Shown: positions 40,275-49,820 of the stretch, one piece after another
Numbering within the stretch: the first letter of the stretch is position 1
Layout of the letters: each line of letters starts with the position of its first letter
Origin: a virus
DNA length: 64,000 nt
Direction: 5' to 3' (one strand)
IMG/VR virus record: IMGVR_UViG_3300031772_002739
Location: 1 to 64,000 of that record
Position numbers and translations under genes: made by a program
Notes under the pieces: generated by a model
Database searches by the model: none
Told to the model about the DNA's origin: nothing
The model's input: the letters and a program-made list of their open reading frames with translations, nothing else

Positions 40275-41063
40275 ATGTCTATCGAAGGTTATTTCGATCC
40301 AACTAAATTTATTATAAAAGAAATAGATAAATCTTCTGCTGAAGATATGATCGTAAGGCATCATTACACACATAAATGGTCATTATGTCAAGTGGCTTAT
40401 GGTATTTTTTATATTTCAGAAGAAGAATCGGATTTTTTTGATGCTAAAGAAGAAATCCTTATAGGATGCATGGTTTTTGGTCATCCTGTCGGTAGAAGTG
40501 CTGCTGAATCGGTTTCTGATATCATCAAAATTGATGAAGTTTTTGAGTTGACTAGATTGGTTTGTTTGGATGGTGAAGAATATGGAAAGAACTTAGAAAG
40601 TTATTGTTTGACTTATGCTTTAAAGTTGTTGAAAAAATCCTTTCCGAATATCAAGGCTCTCATTACTTATGCGGATGGAGAACAAGGTCATAAAGGAACG
40701 ATATATCAAGCCTGTGGGTTTTACTATCAGGGGAACTCTTCTCTAGCTTTAATGCCTAATTATTCTATTTCTTTGATTGGACCTCCAAATTATAACTGGA
40801 TGCATTCAAGAACGGTATCTGCCACATATGGTTCTCATAATGTTGAATATTTAAAAAAACGAATAGGCCATACATTTTGGAGGAAACGAGAGTCTACTAA
40901 ACATCGATATGTGTGTTTTTTATGTAATAAAATAGAAAAAAAGAAAATTCTATCTAATATCAAACATCTCTTCTACGATTATCCCAAAGAAACCCATCAT
41001 ATAGATGAAATTCAAGAGATTGTTGTAAATGAAAATGATAAAGAAAATCTCTTTTTTGGATGA
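40275..41063 (+). CDS. Mom-like GNAT-fold DNA base modification protein
   Basis: HHY.H, IGCMVFG.P, FELTRL, LITYADGEQGHKGTIYQACGFYYQG, KHRY. Confidence 0.8.
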   Translation: MSIEGYFDPTKFIIKEIDKSSAEDMIVRHHYTHKWSLCQVAYGIFYISEEESDFFDAKEEILIGCMVFGHPVGRSAAESVSDIIKIDEVFELTRLVCLDGEEYGKNLESYCLTYALKLLKKSFPNIKALITYADGEQGHKGTIYQACGFYYQGNSSLALMPNYSISLIGPPNYNWMHSRTVSATYGSHNVEYLKKRIGHTFWRKRESTKHRYVCFLCNKIEKKKILSNIKHLFYDYPKETHHIDEIQEIVVNENDKENLFFG

Positions 41064-41120
41064 TTAACCATATTTATATTTGGTAAATTATATCGATATC
41101 GATTTATCACGGAGATTAAT

Positions 41121-41948
41121 ATGAATAAAGATTTTTTGAAAAATTTAGTAAAAGAAACACTAACGGAGATGAAAGCTGAGAAGACTGCTGATCGTCCTGC
41201 CAAGAAACAACGAATTAGAGAATCTCTAAAAAGTGTGATCGGTCAAATATTGAAAGAATACATCGCTAGTGTCAATAAACCTAAAAAATCAAAAGACGAC
41301 ATAGAGAAGGAACGAAAGGGATATGCTAAGGATGGTAATGTTCATTTAGATAAAACAAACGAACAGCTCAAGGATGAAATGGAAAAAATATCAAACGATA
41401 TCGATAAGAGCATTGAAGTTAAGTGGGATGACCACGGAGATTTGGTTGTTGATGCTAAAGAATTATTCAAGGTTCGTATTCATCCAATGTGGGATAACAA
41501 TTTTTACATTGAATCGTGGCCAAGATTGCAGGATCGTGTAGTTGCCGTTGGATTGGATTGGGAGCAGGTTAAGAATTTTGTTAAAGCCAATTTCAAACAT
41601 GATAGTGAAGATATTGAAAATACTAAAGTGGACCAAGCTAAGAATAAAGCGATGGATCATCTTGAAGACGAATCTGGCAAGGGAGAAGTTCCAAAACAAG
41701 ATTATGAATCCCGAACAACCATAAAGAAGGTTGGTGACACCAAGAAAGACGATAAGGATTATAACAAACCAGATGTCGAAGATGATGACGATCTTCCTGA
41801 TCAACCAATGAAACCGGTTGATGTAGACGATATCAAAAAACAGAGTGATCATAAAGAGCATAAAGAAGAGCCTCAAAAACACAAGGATGATAAACGTCAT
41901 ATAAAGAAAATGAAGATCGGTAGAGGACGAAAACGTGCTTTGAATTAA
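41121..41948 (+). CDS. Hypothetical charged protein, possible head-internal protein
   Basis: Leader FLKNLVKETLTE; D/K-rich tail; TATTTATA upstream. Confidence 0.55.
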   Translation: MNKDFLKNLVKETLTEMKAEKTADRPAKKQRIRESLKSVIGQILKEYIASVNKPKKSKDDIEKERKGYAKDGNVHLDKTNEQLKDEMEKISNDIDKSIEVKWDDHGDLVVDAKELFKVRIHPMWDNNFYIESWPRLQDRVVAVGLDWEQVKNFVKANFKHDSEDIENTKVDQAKNKAMDHLEDESGKGEVPKQDYESRTTIKKVGDTKKDDKDYNKPDVEDDDDLPDQPMKPVDVDDIKKQSDHKEHKEEPQKHKDDKRHIKKMKIGRGRKRALN

Positions 41949-41949
41949 T

Positions 41950-42219
41950 ATGAAAAAATCCGATCTTAAAAAATTGATTGAAGAAGTTAATAAAGAGGTG
42001 GAAAGAAACCCTCTATATGTTAAAGGATTTCGTCAAGGTGAAAAAGATGGATATGTCAAAGAAAAGGTTGACGTAAAAGATCAACCTGATATTTATCAGT
42101 TGGGATACAAGAGAGGTTATCAAGCTGGATTTTGGAGATTATACAGCGAAAAGTTGAACAAAGGATTAGCTGCCGCTGGAGAGTTCATGGGGGGTTTTGT
42201 AAACTTAAATCGTAGGTAA
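41950..42219 (+). CDS. Hypothetical protein
   Basis: Leader MKKSDLKKLIEE; Y..G...G..DG repeats. Confidence 0.55.
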   Translation: MKKSDLKKLIEEVNKEVERNPLYVKGFRQGEKDGYVKEKVDVKDQPDIYQLGYKRGYQAGFWRLYSEKLNKGLAAAGEFMGGFVNLNRR

Positions 42220-42244
42220 ACGTTTTGGTAATAATTCATAAGAA

Positions 42245-42270
42245 GACACACCATTTCGGTGTGTTTTTTT
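42245..42270 (+). terminator. Rho-independent terminator
   Basis: GACACACC-atttc-GGTGTGTT followed by a T-run. Confidence 0.8.
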
Positions 42271-42280
42271 ATTTTCTCAC

Positions 42281-42308
42281 TTGACATCCTATAAAAGAGT
42301 GGTATTGT
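42281..42308 (+). promoter_or_regulatory. sigma70-type promoter with extended -10
   Basis: TTGACA-N16-TATTGT preceded by TGG. Confidence 0.65.
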
Positions 42309-42317
42309 ATCTCAACA

Positions 42318-42632
42318 ATGAAAACCCCGAATCTAATCAACATGGCAAATATAGACGTTACGAAAATGCTAGCGGATTGTTGGAGTCTAAAACCCAACGA
42401 CCTGATTATTGACAAACTTAAATGGAAGTATATGGTATGGTCCGTATTGAGAGGAAAGAACATCCTCTTTGTTGGTCCCACTCGTTGTGGAAAAACTAAA
42501 GCCGCTCAAAGTGTTTCTGAAATATTTTCTGAAATTAAAACTGAAATTGTTGATGAAAACCAATTGGACGTTCTTAAATCCGATAGAAGCATTAAAATAG
42601 AAAAAATAGAGGAAGTTTCAGATGAAAAGTAG
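42318..42632 (+). CDS. MoxR/CbbQ-like AAA+ ATPase, N-terminal fragment (Walker A) plus 34-aa extension
   Basis: RGKNILFVGPTRCGKTKAAQSV. Confidence 0.85.
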   Translation: MKTPNLINMANIDVTKMLADCWSLKPNDLIIDKLKWKYMVWSVLRGKNILFVGPTRCGKTKAAQSVSEIFSEIKTEIVDENQLDVLKSDRSIKIEKIEEVSDEK

Positions 42633-42670
42633 AGTTGGAATATACTTATATCTGTAATAGAAAGTATATT

Positions 42671-43435
42671 ATGATGGTGATTTATAAAACTATAAACCTA
42701 ATAAATGAAAAATATTATGTTGGAAAACAACAAAGATATACAAAGTCATATTTAGGTTCTGGTTCAGCACTAAAATCTGCCATAAAGAAATATGGAAGAA
42801 GAAATTTTAGGAAAGAAATCTTAGAAATTTGTAAATCAGAATCCGATTTGGAAAAAAAAGAATTGGAGTGGTTGGATAAACTAAACGCTATAAAGGATAA
42901 AAACTCGTATAATTTAGTAAGAGAAACATCGCCCAATAAACATAGAAGTTATACAGACCCAAAATATAGAAAACGATTGAGTAATTCTATTAAAAAAATA
43001 TTTAACACTCCAGAATCACATATTCGGTTAAGCAAACAAAATAGAGGAAAAAACAACCCGATGTATGGTAAAAAAAGATCGAAAGAGTTTAAAAAAGTGG
43101 TTAGCAAAATCCATTCGGGAAAAGTAGTATCTGACGAAACCAGAGAAAAAATACGAAATAGTCGAATAGGAAGAAAAGCATCGTCTGAAACAAAAAACCG
43201 GATGAAAGAAAGCCAGCGCCATCGTTGGGATACTATAAAAGTAAAAATGATATTAAACAACAATCACATGTGGAGTTTCGACAATAGATATGATTTTATA
43301 TCTTTTATAAAAGATTATAATAATTCTATACCAAAAGGAAAAGTAAGAGGGTCAGGTCCTAAAAGAATTAATTGGAAACGAGCAATAAAAAATGAATATG
43401 ACTTCATAAAGGTACATAAAAATGAAAAAATATAA
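42671..43435 (+). mobile_element. GIY-YIG (Seg-like) homing endonuclease with NUMOD3 repeats, inserted in the AAA gene
   Basis: VIYKTINLINEKYYVGK, YLGSG..L..AIKKYG..NF.KEIL, SYNL, NPMYGK, SDETREKI; ATG 42671. Confidence 0.9.
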
Positions 43436-44222
43436 AGTTACATATAAAAAATATAATAGACCATTGTTTATTTTCAATTGCGGGTCTTCTCAAGACGCTC
43501 GAGCTACTTTAATAGGTAATACTTACTTTAAAAAAGACACAGGAACAATTCTCTGTAAATCTGAATTTGTTGAAGCAATACAAACACATAACGCAATCAT
43601 CTTATTAGATGAACTAAGTAGAGGGCATCACGATTTTTGGAATATTTTACTTCCCACTATCGATCCGACACAACGGACTCTTAGGTTAGATGAGTCGGAG
43701 AATTCTGCCGTAATTCACGTCCTACCAGACGTAACGTTTATGGCTACGGCTAATGTTGGTAATGAATATACGTCAACAAAAGTTATGGATAAAGCTTTGA
43801 CGGCCAGGTTCCCTACAATTATTGAAATGATTCCTTTGGAATATGAAGGAGAAATGGAGTTGTTGAAAATTAATCATCCAGATGTTCTTCAAGACGTTTT
43901 GGAAGGATTCATTTCTATCTGTCGTATTTCTGATGATACTAAAAAACAATGTAGGTTAGATAATCCAAGAATTACCACTTTCATTCCTACCGGAACTGTA
44001 GTCGAAATGGCCGAAATGCTTATCGACGGGTTTTCGTTAATGGATATCGCCCAATCTGTAATTTATCCGATGTATGACGATTCCGGCGGAGCCGAATCTG
44101 AACGGTTGTATGTTAAACAGATTGTTCAGAAATATCTTGATAACAAGTCAGGGGGCGTAAGTTCTCCAATCAACGATCCGTTAAATAAGGTTGGAACCTC
44201 GGGGAACAAGTTCAGTTTTTAA
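43422..44222 (+). CDS. MoxR/CbbQ-like AAA+ ATPase, C-terminal fragment with 11-aa extension
   Basis: RPLFIFNCGS..LIGN, Walker B IILLDELSR, FMATANVG, MDKALTARF. Confidence 0.88.
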   Translation: MKKYKVTYKKYNRPLFIFNCGSSQDARATLIGNTYFKKDTGTILCKSEFVEAIQTHNAIILLDELSRGHHDFWNILLPTIDPTQRTLRLDESENSAVIHVLPDVTFMATANVGNEYTSTKVMDKALTARFPTIIEMIPLEYEGEMELLKINHPDVLQDVLEGFISICRISDDTKKQCRLDNPRITTFIPTGTVVEMAEMLIDGFSLMDIAQSVIYPMYDDSGGAESERLYVKQIVQKYLDNKSGGVSSPINDPLNKVGTSGNKFSF

Positions 44223-44223
44223 T

Positions 44224-46503
44224 ATGTCAAAAAAGGTTGAAAATTCGGAAACGTATTCCGATTTTTGGTTGGACGATGAGTTAATCAGCCAGTTTATTGG
44301 CGACGAAACTCAAGAATCCGAAGAGGGCGAAACGCCTTCTGCTCCGATGTTTTCGTTAGATTTGATTCAGTTAGCGGCATATCGAAAGGTGATATCCAAT
44401 TTTGTATCCATTCTTACAAATAAAGATGTTCCGGTTAAATTCATTACTACAGGCAATAATTCCAGCGATGGAAATGTGGTATACCTCTCTTCCTCAATTA
44501 AAAAGAAAAAAGATTTTGATTGGAATGTTGGTCTATCTCTCCACGAGGCGGAACACATTGTAAAAAGTGATTGGGATATGGTTAAGAAATTTTATACCAT
44601 CGTTCCACAACATCTTAAAGATAAAGCTAAAAAGAAAAATATCACCAATGAACAATTATGTCAGTTTTGTAAACACGTTTGGAATGTAATTGAGGATCGT
44701 TATATCGATATGTTGGTTTTTACGGATGCTCCTGGATATCGTGGGTATTATGAAGCGATGTATAATAAATTGTGGAATAGTAAATCTATATCGGATGGGT
44801 TAAAATCCAAATTATTTAGAATATCAAATTTGATTGGATATGAATTTCGTATCACAAATCTTACTAATGTTGATACCGAGGTTGATGCTCTTCCTGGGTT
44901 GAGGAAAATCGCCGAAACGATTGATATAACAAATATTTTAAGATTGAAAACTACTCAAGATAGGGTAGACGTTTCTTTTAAGGTTGTAGAAATTGTTTTG
45001 GATAATATTGGAAAACAGCCCGTTCAACCAACTGAAACTGATAAGATTATCAAAAAAATTAAGGATGTGGTGGGATCGCCTTCGCCAAGTGGAGGAACTG
45101 GTTCAGATGGTGATGAAGATGATGACGATAATAATAAAAACGATTCAGATTCAGGAGGAGATTCTACGGATGATGATGATGAAGACGATTCTAAAAATGG
45201 ATCTTCTGGAGATAAAGAGGAAAAAGATGGAGAAGAAGATGGAAAAGGATCTGGAGATGATAAATCGTCAGATTCGGGGTCAGATAAATCAGATAACACA
45301 TCCGATCCAACCAACCCAGGAAAAGACGATGACTTGTCTGACAAAAAAGTTAAAGCCATAAAAAAAGCGTTTGAACAGCAGTTAAATTTTCTTTTAAGAA
45401 ATTACGACAAAGCCAAACAAACCGTATCCAAGGAATCGGCCGATTTGTTAGATATTATCGAAAAGGCTGGAATTACTTTAAGAATGGCTGGACATGGGTA
45501 TTCTCAACCTGGAGAAGAAATTCGTGATGGTATTAATTGTATTGTAGTCAATAAGTTGACCAAAGAATTGATGGAAAGTGGGCATCACATTTTTCCACTG
45601 ACCACTATAACCGTGGCCAACAAAACCCCCAATAAATCTTATGAGGATGCCGTAGTTAAAGGGTTTACAATGGGCAAGATGTTGGGTAAGAAACTACAAA
45701 TTCGAAGTGAAACCAACATCACAAAGTATATTCGAAGAATGGCTGGAAAGATTGATAGACGATTGTTGGCTGGTATTGGCGCCGGGTTGGAAGATATCTT
45801 TTTCAAAATTAAAACGGACAAGTATAACAAGGCTCGTCTTCACATCTCCGTGGACGCTAGTGGATCAATGATGGATGACAACAAGTGGTGTCCAACCATG
45901 TCGTTGTTGGTTTCCATTTGTGTAGCATTTTCTATGGTGGAAAATTTGAAGATATCCGTGTCTTTCCGATCTACTCACAGAATGTCTACTGGAGTAGAAT
46001 TACCTTATATTGTGTTGGCCTATGATTCTGATGTGGATAAAATATCAAAGATACGAAATTTGTTTCCATATCTAAAGGCTTCTGGCTGCACCCCCGAGGG
46101 GTTGGCGTTCGAATCCACGATGGATAGTTTTATCATCGGTAAGAAGTCGGATGGAACGGATGTCTATTTCCTTAACATATCTGATGGTGAACCATATTTT
46201 TTCCTGAATGGAATTATGAATAAAAGTCGAACCAATTTCTCATATCAAGGTCAAGGAGCGTGTCTTCACACCAAAAAGCAGATTGAAAAACTTCGGTCTG
46301 CTGGTATAAAGATATTAAGTTATTTTATAGAAAGTGCTGATAGCGGTATAGGATACAATTTATATGGTGTGTCTGGGATTCCCTATAAGGAAACATTATT
46401 CCAACAGTTTAGATTGATGTATGGAAAGGATGCTCAGTTCATTAACATTACCAACGTCTTCCAAATAGCGAAAACAATTAATGGTCTGTTTCTACAGAAA
46501 TGA
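44224..46503 (+). CDS. VWA-domain partner of the AAA ATPase (HExxH domain, acidic linker, VWA)
   Basis: LHEAEH, WNVIEDRYID, D/S/G-rich linker, GKIDRR, MIDAS VDASGSM, TPEG, ISDGEP. Confidence 0.85.
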   Translation: MSKKVENSETYSDFWLDDELISQFIGDETQESEEGETPSAPMFSLDLIQLAAYRKVISNFVSILTNKDVPVKFITTGNNSSDGNVVYLSSSIKKKKDFDWNVGLSLHEAEHIVKSDWDMVKKFYTIVPQHLKDKAKKKNITNEQLCQFCKHVWNVIEDRYIDMLVFTDAPGYRGYYEAMYNKLWNSKSISDGLKSKLFRISNLIGYEFRITNLTNVDTEVDALPGLRKIAETIDITNILRLKTTQDRVDVSFKVVEIVLDNIGKQPVQPTETDKIIKKIKDVVGSPSPSGGTGSDGDEDDDDNNKNDSDSGGDSTDDDDEDDSKNGSSGDKEEKDGEEDGKGSGDDKSSDSGSDKSDNTSDPTNPGKDDDLSDKKVKAIKKAFEQQLNFLLRNYDKAKQTVSKESADLLDIIEKAGITLRMAGHGYSQPGEEIRDGINCIVVNKLTKELMESGHHIFPLTTITVANKTPNKSYEDAVVKGFTMGKMLGKKLQIRSETNITKYIRRMAGKIDRRLLAGIGAGLEDIFFKIKTDKYNKARLHISVDASGSMMDDNKWCPTMSLLVSICVAFSMVENLKISVSFRSTHRMSTGVELPYIVLAYDSDVDKISKIRNLFPYLKASGCTPEGLAFESTMDSFIIGKKSDGTDVYFLNISDGEPYFFLNGIMNKSRTNFSYQGQGACLHTKKQIEKLRSAGIKILSYFIESADSGIGYNLYGVSGIPYKETLFQQFRLMYGKDAQFINITNVFQIAKTINGLFLQK

Positions 46504-46512
46504 AAAAAAGAT

Positions 46513-46540
46513 TTGACAACTTTATAGTTTGTGGTATAGT
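46513..46540 (+). promoter_or_regulatory. sigma70-type promoter with extended -10
   Basis: TTGACA-N16-TATAGT preceded by TGG. Confidence 0.75.
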
Positions 46541-46589
46541 ATATCACAAGTTCTAAAAAACAAAAAACAAAAGTAGAGGAATAAAAGTT

Positions 46590-46958
46590 ATGAATGATAA
46601 ACCAATAAGAAAAAATAAAACAAATCTAGTAGTTAACTGGCCAGCCACTGACCAATCGTTTACGATTAACGAACTGGCTGCGCTTAATGATAATTTCATC
46701 CAAATCACCCTTCGAGTCCGCGTCCAGAAGGCAATTGAGGAAAATCGGGTCGTTGCCATAGGCACCAAAAATCTCAAGAAGGGGCGCCCACAGTTGGTGT
46801 TTGCGTTGAGGCCGGTTTCTCAGGCCGCTTTGGAACATGCCAAGGCCAGCGGTGCTATTTTAGATGATCAGTCACGTTTGATCACAGTTATGGAAGTTCC
46901 TGCTTCTATGACCACGATTACTGTCAATGAGACAGTCAAGGCTACCGCAGTTGCGTAA
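46590..46958 (+). CDS. Hypothetical protein, winged-helix-like
   Basis: FTINEL..ITLRVRVQKAIE..KGRPQLVF; GAGG RBS. Confidence 0.55.
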   Translation: MNDKPIRKNKTNLVVNWPATDQSFTINELAALNDNFIQITLRVRVQKAIEENRVVAIGTKNLKKGRPQLVFALRPVSQAALEHAKASGAILDDQSRLITVMEVPASMTTITVNETVKATAVA

Positions 46959-46984
46959 CAAGACACAGCATTGATGCCGTATAT

Positions 46985-47149
46985 ATGAGTGAAGAAAATA
47001 AGACAAATTTTGTTCGTATATACGGCATTTTTGACCAAGAAGAGAATACTATTGTGTATGTTAGTTTGAGTTATACGGATGTTGAAATTGAAATGACTTC
47101 TCTGAGTGAGGAACGTTTTGTTCCGTGTGAATTTGATATAGTCTTTTAA
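46985..47149 (+). CDS. Small hypothetical protein (54 aa)
   Basis: Not in the track: MSEENKTNFVRIYGIFDQEENTIVYVSLSYTDVEIEMTSLSEERFVPCEFDIVF; fills the gap, stop overlaps the convergent gene. Confidence 0.55.
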   Translation: MSEENKTNFVRIYGIFDQEENTIVYVSLSYTDVEIEMTSLSEERFVPCEFDIVF

Positions 47150-47412
47150 GGCGCAGGCTGTTTTTGGGACGTTGCCTTTTTGTCTCCGCTGTAAACTGCT
47201 TTTCTTTTAAATGATTGTCGGTCTACTGGATCTCTTTTATAATAAATCACCGTTACATTTTTAGATAATCGCCTCACTATTGATTCTACAAGATTTCGAC
47301 TGCCGTATCCTACAGGAATATCAAACTCATCATCATATAAAGCGAATTCAGACGGCGACCTTTCAAAATGATGATATAACAATATTTCTGGGTTGATTCT
47401 TTTTAATCTCAT
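47146..47412 (-). CDS. Hypothetical protein
   Basis: 88 aa; GGAG RBS and minus-strand TATTTATA upstream. Confidence 0.6.
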   Translation of the reverse strand: MRLKRINPEILLYHHFERSPSEFALYDDEFDIPVGYGSRNLVESIVRRLSKNVTVIYYKRDPVDRQSFKRKAVYSGDKKATSQKQPAP

Positions 47413-47508
47413 GGTATATTACTCCCATATAAATATCTCTGAGATGAGATTTATCGATTTTTCATGATGGTCTGAGTTATGTATCGTAAATCGCTCGGAG
47501 AATAAATT

Positions 47509-48675
47509 ATGAGTGAATATTTTGAAGAATTTTTTGACGGCCATGCTTTTGATTTTCAAGTGGAAAAACAAAAAGTTATAGATAATCTAAATTGGCTTAA
47601 ATCTTTATCTGTTGAGGAATTTACTTTTTATAAGAAATGGGAAGAAATCCAAGAGTATGGTGACTTGATTGGCGATTCCAAACAAGTAAAAGCTCAGTTG
47701 TGGAGTCCATCAAATATAGACGATCCAGTTCAGACAATAAAAGAAATAGAAACACTTTCTCCAAGAGTGGTATACGTCGATACTCCTGAACTGCAAAAAT
47801 CATGGTTAAATCTCCGTGTATTTTGCCATTCTGCTGATTACAATCAAGTTCCAGGAAGATATAGAAAATTTCTAATAATGGATGGAGATAGGTATCTTGG
47901 ATTTCTCGCTGTGGGTAGTGATATTATCGCTACAGATGCTAGAGATAGTTGGATTGGATGGAATAAAGAAACCAGAGAAGGCGGCAAACTTACTTTTTCT
48001 GCTGTAGGTAGTACAATAGCTCCAACACAACCATTAGGATACAATTTTTTGGGTGGCAAACTATGCGCTCTATTGGTCACTTCACAAGTGGTCAGAGATA
48101 ACTGGAAAAAATCATATGGGAATACTTTAACAGGAATGACCACCACTAGCCTATATGGATCTTTATCACAATATAACAATTTAAAATGGTGGCACAAATG
48201 CGGTCATTCAAAAGGCAAGGTTCTTATAAAACCAGATCAAAGATTTTATAAAATATGGCACGATTGGTTGAAGACAAATCGTTCCGAAGAATATATTAAA
48301 GCTATGACTCAGAAAGAAGGAGTTTCTGGCCCTGTTACTGGAGCCAAACTTCGTGTGTTGGATATGATATGTGATGTAGTGGGCATAAAAGTTTCTGATT
48401 ATCAACACGGATATTCAAGAGGAATATTTTATTCTTGTTTTTATAATAATACAAAAGAATTTTTACGTGGAGAAATTAAAGAAAATGATTTAATAATAAA
48501 AGATATAATGAACGAAGAATGTATGTTAAGTTGGTGGAAAAATAAAGCCGTCGAAAGATATAAAAAACTTATTTTGGAAAAAAGAATAAAAATCGAAAAA
48601 TTGTTTTATAATAAAATGTTTGGAATGAAATATACCAAAGCTAAAGAAATTTATTTTTCAGAAGTGGGTAGATAA
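47509..48675 (+). CDS. DUF4338 / Druantia DruA-like GNAT-fold protein
   Basis: VPGR, RDSWIGW, IAPTQPLGYNFLGGKLCALL, TTTSLYG..SQYN, G.SKG. Confidence 0.75.
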   Translation: MSEYFEEFFDGHAFDFQVEKQKVIDNLNWLKSLSVEEFTFYKKWEEIQEYGDLIGDSKQVKAQLWSPSNIDDPVQTIKEIETLSPRVVYVDTPELQKSWLNLRVFCHSADYNQVPGRYRKFLIMDGDRYLGFLAVGSDIIATDARDSWIGWNKETREGGKLTFSAVGSTIAPTQPLGYNFLGGKLCALLVTSQVVRDNWKKSYGNTLTGMTTTSLYGSLSQYNNLKWWHKCGHSKGKVLIKPDQRFYKIWHDWLKTNRSEEYIKAMTQKEGVSGPVTGAKLRVLDMICDVVGIKVSDYQHGYSRGIFYSCFYNNTKEFLRGEIKENDLIIKDIMNEECMLSWWKNKAVERYKKLILEKRIKIEKLFYNKMFGMKYTKAKEIYFSEVGR

Positions 48676-48796
48676 TATTCAACAAGAGTGTTATTTAATT
48701 CATTATTGAATATAATAACTTGATTTATTTTCAAGATGTGATAAGTTAAGTCATAAAGTGTGAAAAACACAAATTTGCAAGAAAGGAAAACTAAAT

Positions 48797-49015
48797 ATGG
48801 TTGCACGTAAAAATCGTAAGAATAGAACGGCGTTTGTCGGTAATGTTACTCCCGCTGGATTGGGTATTTTCTACTCCATCCCTCTTAAGGGAAACACCGA
48901 TGTAGGTCAGAGACTCACTCTTAAGGTGGGTAGGAACAGAATCGATTTGACCGGCAGTCAGGTCCGAGCAGTTCAGCGAGTTATTACTCGCGCTCGTCGC
49001 CTCGCTTCCCGTTAA
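48797..49015 (+). CDS. Small basic protein
   Basis: 72 aa, Arg-rich; AAGGA RBS; own terminator. Confidence 0.65.
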   Translation: MVARKNRKNRTAFVGNVTPAGLGIFYSIPLKGNTDVGQRLTLKVGRNRIDLTGSQVRAVQRVITRARRLASR

Positions 49016-49040
49016 TTCTAATAAAACAAAGGGTTATGAC

Positions 49041-49072
49041 AAAAGGGGGCGGCAAACCGCCCTCTTCTTTTC
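49041..49072 (+). terminator. Rho-independent terminator
   Basis: AAGGGGGCGG-caaa-CCGCCCTCTT-CTTTT. Confidence 0.8.
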
Positions 49073-49076
49073 ATCT

Positions 49077-49367
49077 ATGTTAACATCATATTGTATATTC
49101 ATATTCATAGCAGTTGGAGTGTTAATTTGGTCAGTTATAAGATTAGAAAAACTTATAAACCAAATAAATAAACGGTTATATCGCATTGATAATGATATAA
49201 ATACTTTACATTCTAACCAACGTGTAATAGATTCAAACGTAAGAAACATAAACGGTCAGATAACAAGGTATCTAAAACATGGGCAGAAAAAAGAAAATCG
49301 ATCAGGAAATCTACGGGAAAACGTCCGACGAGAAATTCAAAACCAGAAAAGAAATATCGGAGAATAA
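49077..49367 (+). CDS. Hypothetical membrane protein
   Basis: N-terminal hydrophobic helix plus coiled coil; overlaps the next gene by 89 nt. Confidence 0.4.
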   Translation: MLTSYCIFIFIAVGVLIWSVIRLEKLINQINKRLYRIDNDINTLHSNQRVIDSNVRNINGQITRYLKHGQKKENRSGNLRENVRREIQNQKRNIGE

Positions 49368-49818
49368 GCCTAAATCTTTAGGGTTGTTCGATCATATCAA
49401 ACATATCAGGACTATTCAAGATCCCGATTACTATAACAATCTTAACGACGAAGACAGAAAGTCATTCAACCACTTCATGATATTGAGAGCATTATCAATG
49501 AATCCTGCTCTCACCGATGATATATCGGTTCTTTTTAGATATTTTGATAAAATGCCTTCCAATCGGTTCTATACACTGTTGATTTCGTTAATTCCAGCGG
49601 ATAAACGATTTTATCCGTGGGTCAAATCACAGAAAAAAGTAAATAAAGTCGTTGTAGAATTTATATCACAAAAGTTTGAAGTCTCTCCTCGTGAAGCCGA
49701 AGAATATCTATACATATTGTCCAATACGGAATCAGGACAAAAAGAGTTGTTCAAAATTTGTCAGGGGTTCGGTTTGACAGAAAAAGAAGTCAATAAACTT
49801 TTGTTGGAGAAAGAGTAG
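49279..49818 (+). CDS. Clamp loader small subunit (T4 gp62-like)
   Basis: FNHFMILRALSMN, FY..L...IP..KRFYPWVK, I...FEVS.REAEEYL.IL. Confidence 0.7.
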   Translation: MGRKKKIDQEIYGKTSDEKFKTRKEISENKPKSLGLFDHIKHIRTIQDPDYYNNLNDEDRKSFNHFMILRALSMNPALTDDISVLFRYFDKMPSNRFYTLLISLIPADKRFYPWVKSQKKVNKVVVEFISQKFEVSPREAEEYLYILSNTESGQKELFKICQGFGLTEKEVNKLLLEKE

Positions 49819-49820
49819 TT

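Noticed and set aside
42528-43454. Group I intron or split intein in the AAA gene
   Set aside because: Almost entirely protein-coding, leaving no room for a ribozyme core; extensions total 45 aa and lack Hint blocks and the C-terminal Asn-Cys/Ser/Thr junction
45090-45340. Low-complexity GAT/GGA-rich tract as a DNA repeat element
   Set aside because: Encodes the acidic linker usual in CobT-like VWA proteins
47509-48675. Complete Druantia defence system
   Set aside because: No DruE-like large helicase or other Dru genes nearby; only DUF4338-like proteins are present
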